NCBI GenBank assembly: GCA_902500125.1
Contig: GCA_902500125.1_4132.1
Strand: one strand, 5' to 3'
DNA from: Escherichia coli
GTDB lineage: Bacteria; Pseudomonadota; Gammaproteobacteria; Enterobacterales; Enterobacteriaceae
DNA length: 64,000 nucleotides
Shown: positions 1-9,188 of the stretch, one piece after another
How positions within the stretch are numbered: the stretch's first letter is position 1
How the letters are laid out: every line of letters begins with the position of its first letter
Translations under genes and position numbers: made by a program
The notes under the pieces: generated by a model
What the model was told of the DNA's origin: nothing
The model's database searches: none
The model's input: only the letters and a program-made list of their open reading frames with translations

Positions 1-168
1 GGTTATAAGAAAGAAGTACAGAAGATTGATGTATTTGTTCGTGCATTAAGTCCAACACATGCACTATTTAAATTGTTTGATGAAGTAACTAAGTACAACA
101 CACCAAAAACACAACGCTATATTGAAACAGTACATAGTGTAATACTCACTGAATATGATGGAGAATGA
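1..168 (+). CDS. 3' end of ORF continuing upstream of window (hypothetical)
   Basis: Open frame from window edge to TGA at 166-168. Confidence 0.3.
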   Translation, partial: GYKKEVQKIDVFVRALSPTHALFKLFDEVTKYNTPKTQRYIETVHSVILTEYDGE

Positions 169-171
169 CAA

Positions 172-390
172 ATGAATTTATATCTAGTTGAAGGGTCAGT
201 ACAAGTATCCAAGCAAGACGGAGAAGGGTATCGTTTTTCACATGTAGAATATTTTAAGTACGTAGTAAAGGCCGATGGTCAGTACGACGCAGAAATTCAG
301 GTTGAAGAATCATTCCGTAAGAAGAATGATATTGGTAAATTTGAATACCAAGACTTACAATTCACTGTATGGCCTAGCATTAATGACTAA
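172..390 (+). CDS. hypothetical protein (72 aa)
   Basis: Track ORF; ATG 4 nt after upstream stop. Confidence 0.5.
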   Translation: MNLYLVEGSVQVSKQDGEGYRFSHVEYFKYVVKADGQYDAEIQVEESFRKKNDIGKFEYQDLQFTVWPSIND

Positions 391-391
391 G

Positions 392-595
392 ATGTGGTGG
401 TGTCATGGTGTCTACAATGTCTATGAATATGGTAGATTCAAAATGAGCAGCACCTATGCCAGACGTGTTAATGCGAAAAACCAAGTTGATGCTGCTTGTG
501 AGATTGTAGAGTGGTATGCAGAGTTCAATGCAATTGATTTTATGTACGAAATAGTTACAATAAATGTTGTACAAATTGACACGTCTTTGATATAA
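392..595 (+). CDS. hypothetical protein (about 67 aa)
   Basis: In-frame ATG just after previous stop inside track ORF 275..595. Confidence 0.4.
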   Translation: MWWCHGVYNVYEYGRFKMSSTYARRVNAKNQVDAACEIVEWYAEFNAIDFMYEIVTINVVQIDTSLI

Positions 596-629
596 TAACT
601 GTATCAAAACAACCGCAACTGAGGATACT

Positions 630-1292
630 ATGTTAGTTAATCTTAATTTCATCACTTCTCCTGATTGGGCATTGCGTGGTGTTTCTTTGAACTTTAAAGA
701 AACTAATTTCGACTACATTGGTGATTGTACTTTAGTTAATGCTACATTTGATCCTCATCATCCTTTTTGGGCTGAAATTCATGATCCTAATGTAAACAAT
801 AGTACATCTGTTATGACTATTGTACAGACGAAACATACAGGTATCCTCGCAGGTTACAGACCAGGACATGCGATTGAACACTTCACTGATTATGATGTAG
901 TAGATGAGTATCCAATGATCCATGAAGATGGAAGTTTATACACGTCAGAAGACTTCCGTGCTATCTTTAATAGTACTGATGACATTCTACCAAGTGGTCG
1001 TCCACGCCCTGAGTCTTATCTTATGCACTCGTCTTATGGTGTAGCAGATACGCTTGAACAGATTTTGACGAAGTACAAGAACCTTATTGAAGGTCCTGAA
1101 GAAATTGTCATGTGCTATCATCCAGTACTGAAGTCTGACCAACCAGAGAGTGGTGGGTGGCGTTGGCATAAGAATGGTGAGTACATCGGTACTAAGCGTA
1201 GTAAAGAACGCTTTGAGTACTTGTATGATGAGCCAGATGTTGAGGTTGTTTTATGTTATAATTTTCTTAAGGTGAAAAAGAAATGTATCTAG
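630..1292 (+). CDS. hypothetical protein (220 aa)
   Basis: Track ORF; GAGGA RBS upstream. Confidence 0.6.
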   Translation: MLVNLNFITSPDWALRGVSLNFKETNFDYIGDCTLVNATFDPHHPFWAEIHDPNVNNSTSVMTIVQTKHTGILAGYRPGHAIEHFTDYDVVDEYPMIHEDGSLYTSEDFRAIFNSTDDILPSGRPRPESYLMHSSYGVADTLEQILTKYKNLIEGPEEIVMCYHPVLKSDQPESGGWRWHKNGEYIGTKRSKERFEYLYDEPDVEVVLCYNFLKVKKKCI

Positions 1293-1525
1293 TATTGAGT
1301 TTTGTAGTTGCATTATTGTTTATGTTCTACCCTACACTAGTAGCAGTAGCCACTAAACGAAAGCTGGTGGATATCACTACTGTATTCTTGCTAAACGTGG
1401 CACTCGTTCTAGTGTCTATTATCATTCCCGTGAGCTTTACGGTTATTGATATTATTTCGGTATTACTCTTCGTGTTAAGTTATCTTATGCTTATTGAAGA
1501 AACAAATGTTGACAAACGTTCGTAG
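1283..1525 (+). CDS. small membrane protein
   Basis: Track ORF; two hydrophobic segments; overlaps upstream stop. Confidence 0.5.
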   Translation: MYLVLSFVVALLFMFYPTLVAVATKRKLVDITTVFLLNVALVLVSIIIPVSFTVIDIISVLLFVLSYLMLIEETNVDKRS

Positions 1526-1582
1526 TACTGTATAATGGTTCCTGTAGTCTGAAACTTAACACTTAAACTTGAGGTAAAAAAT

Positions 1583-1909
1583 ATGCTATCAGTACTAATT
1601 TCAATTCCGTCTTTAATTCTGATTTGGCTTCTGGTTTACGAATGCTTTATTACTGATGATAATGATAAAAAAGAGTTCTCTGAGTTGTTTATGCTTGATT
1701 CACCGATTGTGCGTATTTTCTATACAGTCGTTGTGGTTTCAGTAATTGTATGGGTTTTGAGTTTTATCTTCCCACTCGGTGCAGTAGTTAAAACTTTGGA
1801 TTTAGTTGAGAACTTTGTTGCAATTATGTGGCTAATCAAAGCACTATTTGCAGGAAATGTTAAAATTTGGATTGATATTATCAAATTCAAGTTCACGAAT
1901 AAGATGTAA
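1583..1909 (+). CDS. membrane protein (108 aa)
   Basis: Track ORF; hydrophobic helices; GAGG RBS. Confidence 0.55.
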   Translation: MLSVLISIPSLILIWLLVYECFITDDNDKKEFSELFMLDSPIVRIFYTVVVVSVIVWVLSFIFPLGAVVKTLDLVENFVAIMWLIKALFAGNVKIWIDIIKFKFTNKM

Positions 1910-1933
1910 CAGTGAAAATATCTCTATAGTATT

Positions 1934-1970
1934 AAATACTTCTGTACATATATATAGTACAGAAGTATTT
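1934..1970 (+). terminator. perfect inverted repeat hairpin (terminator-like)
   Basis: TACTTCTGTAC-(ATATATATA)-GTACAGAAGTA after gene end. Confidence 0.45.
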
Positions 1971-1987
1971 CTCGTTAGAGGTTTGTT

Positions 1988-2347
1988 ATGAAGAGTTATA
2001 TAAAATTAATAGCACTTGTGTGTGCATTATTTTCATGTTTTAGTTATGGTGCAGCAGCAGAAACATATTGTCGTAGTACTAAGGGAACGTGGCATGTATT
2101 GACTAACGACCCTAGAAATGGTAAAAATATAGTTGTTGATGGTGTGATTTATCGTTTTAAAGTAGCAAGTATTATCGGTAATAAAAAAATCTCGACTTAT
2201 AGAGATGATTCTGGTACATTAGCAAACGTAATATTAATTGTAGACCCAAGAACTGGTAATGGTGATATCTATATAGTAATTTACTTGGACTCATCGGTAC
2301 GCCGTGACCTAGATATAGATAAATTGAACTTACACTGTGAAATATAG
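1988..2347 (+). CDS. secreted protein with signal peptide
   Basis: Track ORF; N-term MKSYIKLIALVCALFSCFSYGAAA. Confidence 0.55.
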   Translation: MKSYIKLIALVCALFSCFSYGAAAETYCRSTKGTWHVLTNDPRNGKNIVVDGVIYRFKVASIIGNKKISTYRDDSGTLANVILIVDPRTGNGDIYIVIYLDSSVRRDLDIDKLNLHCEI

Positions 2348-2358
2348 GACTTAAAAAA

Positions 2359-2736
2359 ATGGTAAACACTATTTTACTTTTGTTGTTGAATATTCCAATT
2401 ATTCTGTCTTTTTTAATTTCTATTTTTATGGCAGGATATTGTTTAGTTGCAGTAATTCATTTCATTTTAACAAACAAATATGTCCTAATTTCTAAGCTTG
2501 ATTCTATTTTTGCTTGCGATTCGATTGCTTATAACTTGTGGTTAATTTGTTCTTGCATTATGGGAGTAACTTTCCTTCTGTATGTATTTGATGTCCTTGA
2601 CCAAAAGTTCGTATATATCAGTACTGGATTGGCTCTTTATCCTGCTACGTGGTACTTGATTTACGTTGGTGATATATGGTATAGTACTTATAAAGAATAT
2701 CAGTACAAGAAATCACTTAACGTTGGAGGAAAATAA
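2359..2736 (+). CDS. membrane protein (125 aa)
   Basis: Track ORF; multiple hydrophobic segments. Confidence 0.55.
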   Translation: MVNTILLLLLNIPIILSFLISIFMAGYCLVAVIHFILTNKYVLISKLDSIFACDSIAYNLWLICSCIMGVTFLLYVFDVLDQKFVYISTGLALYPATWYLIYVGDIWYSTYKEYQYKKSLNVGGK

Positions 2737-2738
2737 TC

Positions 2739-3089
2739 ATGAAAATTATTTTATTTTTTGTATGTATGTTAATGTGTGGATTGTCATATGCTGAACCATT
2801 GGAAGGTTTAGTTTGTACAGATGGTAATATTAAACATATCTATCAAGGTGATAGTGACGATCGAGATATTGTATATATTGATGGACAATCATATACGTTT
2901 GTTAAAGAGCATACAGTAGGCGACATTAGCTTCACTGAGTTTTCTAACGACACAGACCCTAACTTCTTAGCGTTTATTGAAGTAGATGTATATGAAGATA
3001 GTAATGGTACACAATATGCTAAATTAGTTATGATGCGTCGTGGTGCTAAAGAAACTAGTTTTGGTGGCTTGTGTAAATATAAGGATTGA
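2739..3089 (+). CDS. secreted protein with signal peptide
   Basis: Track ORF; N-term MKIILFFVCMLMCGLSYA; GGAGG RBS. Confidence 0.55.
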   Translation: MKIILFFVCMLMCGLSYAEPLEGLVCTDGNIKHIYQGDSDDRDIVYIDGQSYTFVKEHTVGDISFTEFSNDTDPNFLAFIEVDVYEDSNGTQYAKLVMMRRGAKETSFGGLCKYKD

Positions 3090-3093
3090 TATT

Positions 3094-3285
3094 ATGTTGA
3101 TTTATCAAAGTGATAATATTCGTGTTATGCAGCATCCCTACTTACAAATCTTTGATGTGCAGCAGTATATGGAAGGTGATGACCCAAGAACCTATGGTCG
3201 TAAGTATGATTACTTCACTGTAAAGCAGTGTAATAATATTAACGAAGTACGACAATTAGTTCAAGAACTTCAAAACAAAGGTTGA
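3094..3285 (+). CDS. hypothetical protein (63 aa)
   Basis: Internal ATG of track ORF 3040..3285 with AAGGA RBS; stop lies in terminator stem. Confidence 0.45.
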   Translation: MLIYQSDNIRVMQHPYLQIFDVQQYMEGDDPRTYGRKYDYFTVKQCNNINEVRQLVQELQNKG

Positions 3286-3311
3286 CTTCGGTCAGCCTTT
3301 TTTGTTATAAT
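3278..3311 (+). terminator. terminator hairpin (UUCG loop) fused to promoter
   Basis: GGTTGAC-TTCG-GTCAGCC plus T-run; TTGACT of stem is -35, TATAAT about 17 nt downstream. Confidence 0.6.
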
Positions 3312-3339
3312 TCTCTTAATAAATTAGAGGATTTTAATT

Positions 3340-3780
3340 ATGTATGTATATCGTTTTGAACTTAAATTTAGTTACATTGAACCTAACTTAGATCCTGCAC
3401 GAACTGTAGGTCCGTTTGCACGGTATTCAACCAGATACAGTACTAAAAATGGATTTGACCGTTTGCTTATGACTACACCTTCTCAATTCCAACCTGAACC
3501 AACTGAGGATGGGATCTATTCAATCAAAAGTGGATGGGTATTTGGCTGTCAAAGTTTGAAAGATTTGTTCAGATTCTTCACTATGGACTTAGGTAAATTG
3601 CATCGTGCTGGGTTTGCTATATCTGTATATGAAGTTCCAGACCACCATGTAGACATTGGTCGTAATCAGGTTCAGTACTATTGCGGTAGTGCTAAATTAG
3701 TTCGTATCATGTCAGTTAAGGAAGCAAAGGATGAGTTCCGACAAAGTAAAAGAGAAACACATGAGGTAATATATGGATAA
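3340..3780 (+). CDS. hypothetical protein (146 aa)
   Basis: Track ORF; GAGG RBS. Confidence 0.6.
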   Translation: MYVYRFELKFSYIEPNLDPARTVGPFARYSTRYSTKNGFDRLLMTTPSQFQPEPTEDGIYSIKSGWVFGCQSLKDLFRFFTMDLGKLHRAGFAISVYEVPDHHVDIGRNQVQYYCGSAKLVRIMSVKEAKDEFRQSKRETHEVIYG

Positions 3781-4117
3781 AACTCAAATAGAATTAAAGA
3801 AATTTGTTTCATTCTATCTTCCTGATGACCCACGTAATTCACAAAAAGATATTGAATATTATAATATCCTATCTAAACAGTTAATGAGAAAGTTTCAACA
3901 GTGTTTAACTATATTCAATACAGATGGAAGACGTAGATACCGAATCGTTTCAATGAATGATGAAAACGCAAATTTCTTTGATTACGATGTAGTTTTTAGA
4001 GCATATAATGATGATCGTATAAAATTAAATTATGATCAAATTATACTTGACCTGAATGTTATATGTGTTATAATCACTCACGTAGCCGAACTTAATGGTT
4101 TTAAAGAATGGTATTGA
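3773..4117 (+). CDS. hypothetical protein (114 aa)
   Basis: Track ORF; start overlaps upstream stop. Confidence 0.55.
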   Translation: MDKTQIELKKFVSFYLPDDPRNSQKDIEYYNILSKQLMRKFQQCLTIFNTDGRRRYRIVSMNDENANFFDYDVVFRAYNDDRIKLNYDQIILDLNVICVIITHVAELNGFKEWY

Positions 4118-4131
4118 ATAGAGGATAACAT

Positions 4132-4398
4132 ATGAAGCTTAAATTACAATATAATGGATTTACTTTACGTAATGATACTGAATTTATTAATCGTTCTCCT
4201 GGTGCTGAACTGTTTTTACGAGAGATGAACATTCCTTTCATCATTACTACAGTGGGCGACCGTGAAGTTCTACAATATGCAGAGCATCCGATTATTGATG
4301 TTCCTTGGTACTCTGAGCATATGTACATGGATATGGCACGTCGCTACAACTGTAAGTTCGTAGTTGAAGGTGATAAAATTACAGTCGAATTTAAATAA
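4132..4398 (+). CDS. hypothetical protein (88 aa)
   Basis: Track ORF; GAGGA RBS. Confidence 0.55.
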   Translation: MKLKLQYNGFTLRNDTEFINRSPGAELFLREMNIPFIITTVGDREVLQYAEHPIIDVPWYSEHMYMDMARRYNCKFVVEGDKITVEFK

Positions 4399-4409
4399 GG
4401 TAAATTAAA

Positions 4410-4703
4410 ATGATCAGTACTTCAGTTAATGAAAGCATCGTCGCTGACGTAGAAATGGTTAAAGAATGTGCAGATGAAACTCTTCGTGATATGTACATTA
4501 ATGATTTAATTACTGAATACGGTAGTCGTGGTGTACACGAATTTATTCGTTTAAGTGGAGAGTTGATGAAAAATCGAATTCGTATGAAGCTTAACGTACA
4601 TCCAAAAGCATGGGCATTTACATTAAAATACGCAGAAGATATTGTGAATTTGCGTCGAACTGAAGTATATGAACGTTTACACAATGGTATGTTAGATAAA
4701 TGA
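4410..4703 (+). CDS. hypothetical protein (97 aa)
   Basis: Track ORF. Confidence 0.55.
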   Translation: MISTSVNESIVADVEMVKECADETLRDMYINDLITEYGSRGVHEFIRLSGELMKNRIRMKLNVHPKAWAFTLKYAEDIVNLRRTEVYERLHNGMLDK

Positions 4704-4712
4704 TTGTAAAAT

Positions 4713-4739
4713 AGGAATTCTTAAATGAATTCCTTTTTG
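4713..4739 (+). terminator. rho-independent terminator
   Basis: AGGAATTC-TTAAAT-GAATTCCT hairpin followed by TTTTT. Confidence 0.6.
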
Positions 4740-4755
4740 TTTATAAGGTATAGTA

Positions 4756-4977
4756 ATGAAATATATAGTACTTGTACTGATATTATTCAGTACTGTTGTA
4801 AGTGCTAAACAAAAAGAATATATTAAATGTATAAATTATGAAGAGAAATATGTTGAAACATATAAAAAAAGTATAATTAAAAACGTTTCGATTACTAACA
4901 GAGCAACAATCATTGTACTTAAAAATGGGTTAATTATGCTATATAAACCACACGTTAAATGTGAAATTATTAATTGA
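4756..4977 (+). CDS. small secreted protein
   Basis: Track ORF; N-term MKYIVLVLILFSTVVSA. Confidence 0.5.
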   Translation: MKYIVLVLILFSTVVSAKQKEYIKCINYEEKYVETYKKSIIKNVSITNRATIIVLKNGLIMLYKPHVKCEIIN

Positions 4978-4984
4978 GGAAATT

Positions 4985-5557
4985 ATGAATCGTAAAGGTC
5001 GTTTTAAAGTATCAAAAAAGAACAAAAGTTCTAGGTTTAAACCTATTGTTTTAACAGTTAAATCTAACAAAGATTTAACTGCACTTAGTAAAAAGATAAT
5101 TTCATCTAAGATTGAAGTATCATACGTAAATTCATTAAAATATATGAATGTCAAACCACTGGACCAACTCATTTCACTTATATTTGAACGTAATGATTTT
5201 GAGATATCAGTAGATGATTATAGAGCCTATAATGCTGGTTTCATTAATGTTACTTGTAATAAAAAACTAACTGAGTTGGAAAATTTGTCATGTATAATAA
5301 ATCTAGATAAAGGTGTTGTGAAGTACCATTTTGTACATTTCACTAATATCAATAATGGAATGGGTGTACAATCCAGACCTATAGTGCCTACGTGTGATGT
5401 TACTAAATTAGCAAAGCTCAATGATGAAGAATATTTTCAAGAAAGCATTGTAACTGAGCATTTAGATGATATAATAGCTACTTACAAAGAATGCATATGG
5501 GTGTTGAATGCTATAAAACCTAAATTGTGTTTAATGAATATTGTTCGTGATTTATGA
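4985..5557 (+). CDS. family C paralog (EEYFQESI motif)
   Basis: Internal ATG of track ORF 4961..5557 with GAGGA RBS; NDEEYFQESIV matches 59-63.7 kb family. Confidence 0.55.
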   Translation: MNRKGRFKVSKKNKSSRFKPIVLTVKSNKDLTALSKKIISSKIEVSYVNSLKYMNVKPLDQLISLIFERNDFEISVDDYRAYNAGFINVTCNKKLTELENLSCIINLDKGVVKYHFVHFTNINNGMGVQSRPIVPTCDVTKLAKLNDEEYFQESIVTEHLDDIIATYKECIWVLNAIKPKLCLMNIVRDL

Positions 5558-5570
5558 ATGGGGAATCGTA

Positions 5571-6014
5571 ATGAGTTGGGTAAATGTTAATAGTATTGAA
5601 CTTAACGAACAAGATATTTTTGCATTTGTAAATTTAACTAATAACACAGTACTAAAAGGGCGTTTGTTCAGTGCGAGTGATGGATATAAATGGATCTCTT
5701 TGATGGATGATAGTGGTGTGATTTATAATGTAATGCAATTACCCCAATGGGTATATAGTAACACTGCCGACGATGTTCTTGCCGCAGTTATGCGTGAGTT
5801 TGAAAAACTCCCAGGTGGTGATATCAAAAACAAAGTTTTTAATGCAGAACGGAAAAATTATACAGCACAGCAGTTGGAATCCCTTGCCATTGCTGCTTAT
5901 CAAGCTGCTATTAAGAAGCCAGAGTGCGTTATTCTTAAGTATGTACCAGACTTAAAACTTACGTTGGAAGACATGGATGCATTCATTTTTACATCTGAAC
6001 TTGATCAGTACTAA
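5571..6014 (+). CDS. hypothetical protein
   Basis: Internal ATG of track ORF 5541..6014 placed after upstream stop. Confidence 0.5.
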   Translation: MSWVNVNSIELNEQDIFAFVNLTNNTVLKGRLFSASDGYKWISLMDDSGVIYNVMQLPQWVYSNTADDVLAAVMREFEKLPGGDIKNKVFNAERKNYTAQQLESLAIAAYQAAIKKPECVILKYVPDLKLTLEDMDAFIFTSELDQY

Positions 6015-6129
6015 TTTAACTTTGGGACAACCATTCTTATTATGATATAATGTTTTATGTCATTCGATATAAATGACAACGGAACTATAAATATTATAGT
6101 AAAATTTATCTCTTATAGGAGTTATAAAA

Positions 6130-6513
6130 ATGGTTGGTAAATGGAATAAGAAAGATCCATCACATGATGTTGATATTTCTGGTCTAGACAATGCACATAA
6201 GCACAAGTATCTAGATTCACTAGGTCTTCTAAAACCAGACCAAAGTCTTGCACATGATCGTCCATCCCGTGAAAAAGCATTTAGCCTAGAATCACTAGGC
6301 CATGAGCTTAATCGTGTGTTTGAGGATCACCCAATCTATGTACGTGATATTATCGAGAAACTTAAAGTAACTCCTAAAGAGCACTTTAAAGCAACTGTAC
6401 ACTCTGCATTCCGTGCATTACATGAATCTCTAAAGAAAACTCACAATCTTCGTAAAATTCATGATGAAATCGTGAATGCAATCGAAAGTGAAAAACATAA
6501 GTTCAAGAAGTAA
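6130..6513 (+). CDS. hypothetical protein, paralog of N-terminus of 7880..9118
   Basis: Track ORF; KHKYLDSLGLL and KVTPKEHFK match KLRYVNSLGLL and QSVPKEELK in 7880..9118. Confidence 0.55.
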   Translation: MVGKWNKKDPSHDVDISGLDNAHKHKYLDSLGLLKPDQSLAHDRPSREKAFSLESLGHELNRVFEDHPIYVRDIIEKLKVTPKEHFKATVHSAFRALHESLKKTHNLRKIHDEIVNAIESEKHKFKK

Positions 6514-6520
6514 TAAAAAT

Positions 6521-6552
6521 GGTTGACTAAGGTCAGCCCTTTGTTGTATCAT
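6521..6552 (+). terminator. terminator hairpin fused to promoter-like element
   Basis: GGTTGAC-TAAG-GTCAGCC hairpin; TTGACT and TATCAT spaced about 18. Confidence 0.45.
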
Positions 6553-6581
6553 AACTTCTCAATATAACTGAGGTATCATAT

Positions 6582-6695
6582 ATGCAAGGTTTGAAATTTG
6601 TAGTTGCTGCCCTAATCGCTGCTGTTGTAGTGGGTACAGTATGTTATTCAATTGACACCTATATCAATACACCTAGTGTTGAACAAACCAAATAA
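6582..6695 (+). CDS. small hydrophobic peptide (37 aa)
   Basis: ATG after TGAGG RBS; MQGLKFVVAALIAAVVVGTV...; below track size cutoff. Confidence 0.3.
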   Translation: MQGLKFVVAALIAAVVVGTVCYSIDTYINTPSVEQTK

Positions 6696-6703
6696 GGGAT
6701 ATC

Positions 6704-6967
6704 ATGGCTGAAACATTATCACTATATGCGTTAGTACTGTTATTTGTCGGATTTCTTCCCGCACTCATTACAGCCATTCGTGTTGTTAAACATGAAGCTG
6801 CATTGATTGTATGTAGTATTGGGTCGAACATTCTATTGTATTTCTTTTTGACAAATACTATTGTACTGTTTGCTTTCTTTATCATGATTCTGTGGGTACT
6901 TGTAATTCTCGGATTCTTCATTTGGTCATTGGTTGATCCTAAGAAAAAATCAGGAGAAGTGAAATGA
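6704..6967 (+). CDS. membrane protein (87 aa)
   Basis: Track ORF; hydrophobic. Confidence 0.5.
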   Translation: MAETLSLYALVLLFVGFLPALITAIRVVKHEAALIVCSIGSNILLYFFLTNTIVLFAFFIMILWVLVILGFFIWSLVDPKKKSGEVK

Positions 6968-7260
6968 AATTAATTATAGCAATGATAATGTGTTTGGCTT
7001 TCCCTGTACTGGCTACTCCTAATCTGGACTGCACACTGTTGCGTTCAGATGGTGACACACTTGAAATCAACACATATGAACTCTTTGGTCCAAGTGTAGT
7101 GGAGAATGAAACCACCTACAATTTCAAAGCTATTGACTTTGAAGGTAATGTTCCAGTACTAACTACAATGACTATTGACAAAACTACTTTACTCGGACGA
7201 ATCACCACACAACGCGGAGAAAGTAAAACATTCACAGCGAAAGCTGACTGTAACTACTAA
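6964..7260 (+). CDS. secreted protein with signal peptide
   Basis: Track ORF; ATGA overlap with upstream; N-term MKLIIAMIMCLAFPVLA. Confidence 0.55.
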   Translation: MKLIIAMIMCLAFPVLATPNLDCTLLRSDGDTLEINTYELFGPSVVENETTYNFKAIDFEGNVPVLTTMTIDKTTLLGRITTQRGESKTFTAKADCNY

Positions 7261-7282
7261 TGGTATAGTACAGTGAAAATAG

Positions 7283-7312
7283 GGTTGACTTCGGTCAACC
7301 TTTATATATAAT
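7283..7312 (+). terminator. terminator hairpin (UUCG loop) fused to promoter
   Basis: GGTTGAC-TTCG-GTCAACC perfect stem, T-run, TATAAT downstream. Confidence 0.6.
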
Positions 7313-7325
7313 GGAAGAAATAAAC

Positions 7326-7883
7326 ATGGAACGTTGGAAATTAATTCCTGATTATGACTATTCAATTTCTGATCATGGAAGAGTAAGAAACGAACAAACT
7401 GGATATATAAGTTGTGGATTTAAAAATAAAGATGGGTATGTGAAGGTCGATTTGTATCGCAATTCTGTGAAAAATAGAAAGGCGATTCATCGACTAGTAG
7501 CTGAAGCATTTTTACCACCACCCACACAGAAACAGTTACAGTGGGCGAGTAGAACAAAGAAAAAAGTTGTTCACATAAACCATAAAGATTGTAATAGAAG
7601 TAACAATCACTATTTGAATTTGGAATGGAACACAGCATCTGAAAACGTACTATATTCTTATTCACATGGTAACGCAACAACTAATCGTGGTGCTGCTGTG
7701 TTGACATGGGAAATTGTAAGAGAAATAAGAAAAGATTATAATGATAATTATAATGATGTGATAGAATATGCACGAGAAAATTGTAATAAATACCGTGTAT
7801 GTAAAAAAAACAATACGTCGTATTTTATACAATCAAACATGGATAGAGGATTAAAAATATGCCACAAGATAATGGGGATATGA
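7326..7883 (+). CDS. HNH homing endonuclease (NUMOD4-like N-terminus)
   Basis: ERWKLIPDYDYSISDHGRVRN and HINHKDCNRSNNHYLNLEWNTASEN motifs; start could be 7311. Confidence 0.8.
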   Translation: MERWKLIPDYDYSISDHGRVRNEQTGYISCGFKNKDGYVKVDLYRNSVKNRKAIHRLVAEAFLPPPTQKQLQWASRTKKKVVHINHKDCNRSNNHYLNLEWNTASENVLYSYSHGNATTNRGAAVLTWEIVREIRKDYNDNYNDVIEYARENCNKYRVCKKNNTSYFIQSNMDRGLKICHKIMGI

Positions 7884-9118
7884 AACATCGTAATGGTGGA
7901 CTAGTACAACACTCGGATAAATGGGCCGACCGAAATCGTCGCAAAAATAGTTATCAAGCAGGACAAGGTTCACGTGGTTCCAGAAACCAAGGAACGGGAC
8001 TTGCTGGTAAGGCAAACGCAGAAGCAGGTGAAGTTAAGAGTACTGAGAACATGACTGAGCTAGAAAAGCTACGTTATGTTAATTCATTGGGACTTCTTAA
8101 TGCTACACAAAAACAACGTCTAGCTGATATGGAACGTGAAGAAAAAGAAAAGTCTGCTCCTGCGAAAGAAGAACCAAAACAAGAAGCACCAAAGGCGGTT
8201 AACCCTGTCAAAGAACTGTCTGATAAGTTAGGTAAGATTTTTGCTAATAAACCACAACTTATCCAAGGTATTGTGAAAGAATTGCAATCTGTACCTAAAG
8301 AAGAATTAAAAGTCAAAGCACAAGCTGTACTTGATGCAATGAGTGGAAATACCAGTACTGAACCAACTGAAGTATTCAGTACTATAATGCGTGCACTTGA
8401 AGGTACGCAACAAGGTGATGTGCCTGCACAAGAGGAAGTAAGTCTTGAAAGCGTACTTAAAACATTTGATAGTATTGGTAAAGAAGACCGTGCTAATGCT
8501 CAACAAGTTAAGAATGTACTAGCTAAGTTAGAAAACCGTCTGGAAGGTAAAGACGATAAGATTAAATTAGTATCTGATGCAGTTAACGATGCACTTAAAT
8601 CTTATGTACAAGGTGAAAAGAGTCGTTTTGTAACTGCAATGGATGCTGCATTCAATACTATGAAAAAGTATGAAGCTGATCATGGTGAGAAGGTTACACG
8701 AGATGGTTATCTGATGCGTGATGATGAAGAAGGTGCAGTAGAACAGAATGATGTTCATTCAGACGAAGAAATTGATGACATGGAAGCTGAACTGTCACAA
8801 GACCGCCAAATGACTGAAAAATCCCATAACGAACTACAGAAATTAATGCAATGGGTTGCAGATGTTGGTGAAAAAGCTGGTGCTGATAAGAAGAGTATAA
8901 ACCGAAATCTTAGTTGGATTAAAGATAAAGTTGGTAACAACGCTCGTAAACTACAAAAAGCGTGGACTGATGTAGTGAATGGTGCTGTTGACATTGATGT
9001 TGAATCCGGTGAGGCATATGATTATGCATTGACTACACTTGATGACTCTTTCCGTGATTACGAAAATGGAAATGTAACTCCTTGGGAAAAGGATATCATG
9101 AGCAAATACGGTAAATGA
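7880..9118 (+). CDS. acidic, coiled-coil-rich hypothetical protein
   Basis: Track ORF 7859..9118; ATGA overlap with HNH stop chosen as start; N-terminal region paralogous to 6130..6513. Confidence 0.6.
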   Translation: MKHRNGGLVQHSDKWADRNRRKNSYQAGQGSRGSRNQGTGLAGKANAEAGEVKSTENMTELEKLRYVNSLGLLNATQKQRLADMEREEKEKSAPAKEEPKQEAPKAVNPVKELSDKLGKIFANKPQLIQGIVKELQSVPKEELKVKAQAVLDAMSGNTSTEPTEVFSTIMRALEGTQQGDVPAQEEVSLESVLKTFDSIGKEDRANAQQVKNVLAKLENRLEGKDDKIKLVSDAVNDALKSYVQGEKSRFVTAMDAAFNTMKKYEADHGEKVTRDGYLMRDDEEGAVEQNDVHSDEEIDDMEAELSQDRQMTEKSHNELQKLMQWVADVGEKAGADKKSINRNLSWIKDKVGNNARKLQKAWTDVVNGAVDIDVESGEAYDYALTTLDDSFRDYENGNVTPWEKDIMSKYGK

Positions 9119-9127
9119 TAAAACAAA

Positions 9128-9160
9128 AGGTTGACTTCGGTCAGCCTTTTTTGTTATGAT
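9128..9160 (+). terminator. terminator hairpin (UUCG loop) fused to promoter
   Basis: GGTTGAC-TTCG-GTCAGCC plus TTTTTT; TTGACT as -35. Confidence 0.6.
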
Positions 9161-9188
9161 GTTGGTATTAACTACAGAGGATAAAGTA

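Noticed and set aside
380-1169. Minus-strand ORFs 380..655, 732..923, 987..1169
   Set aside because: Overlap better-supported + strand genes in a block where all supported genes are on the + strand.
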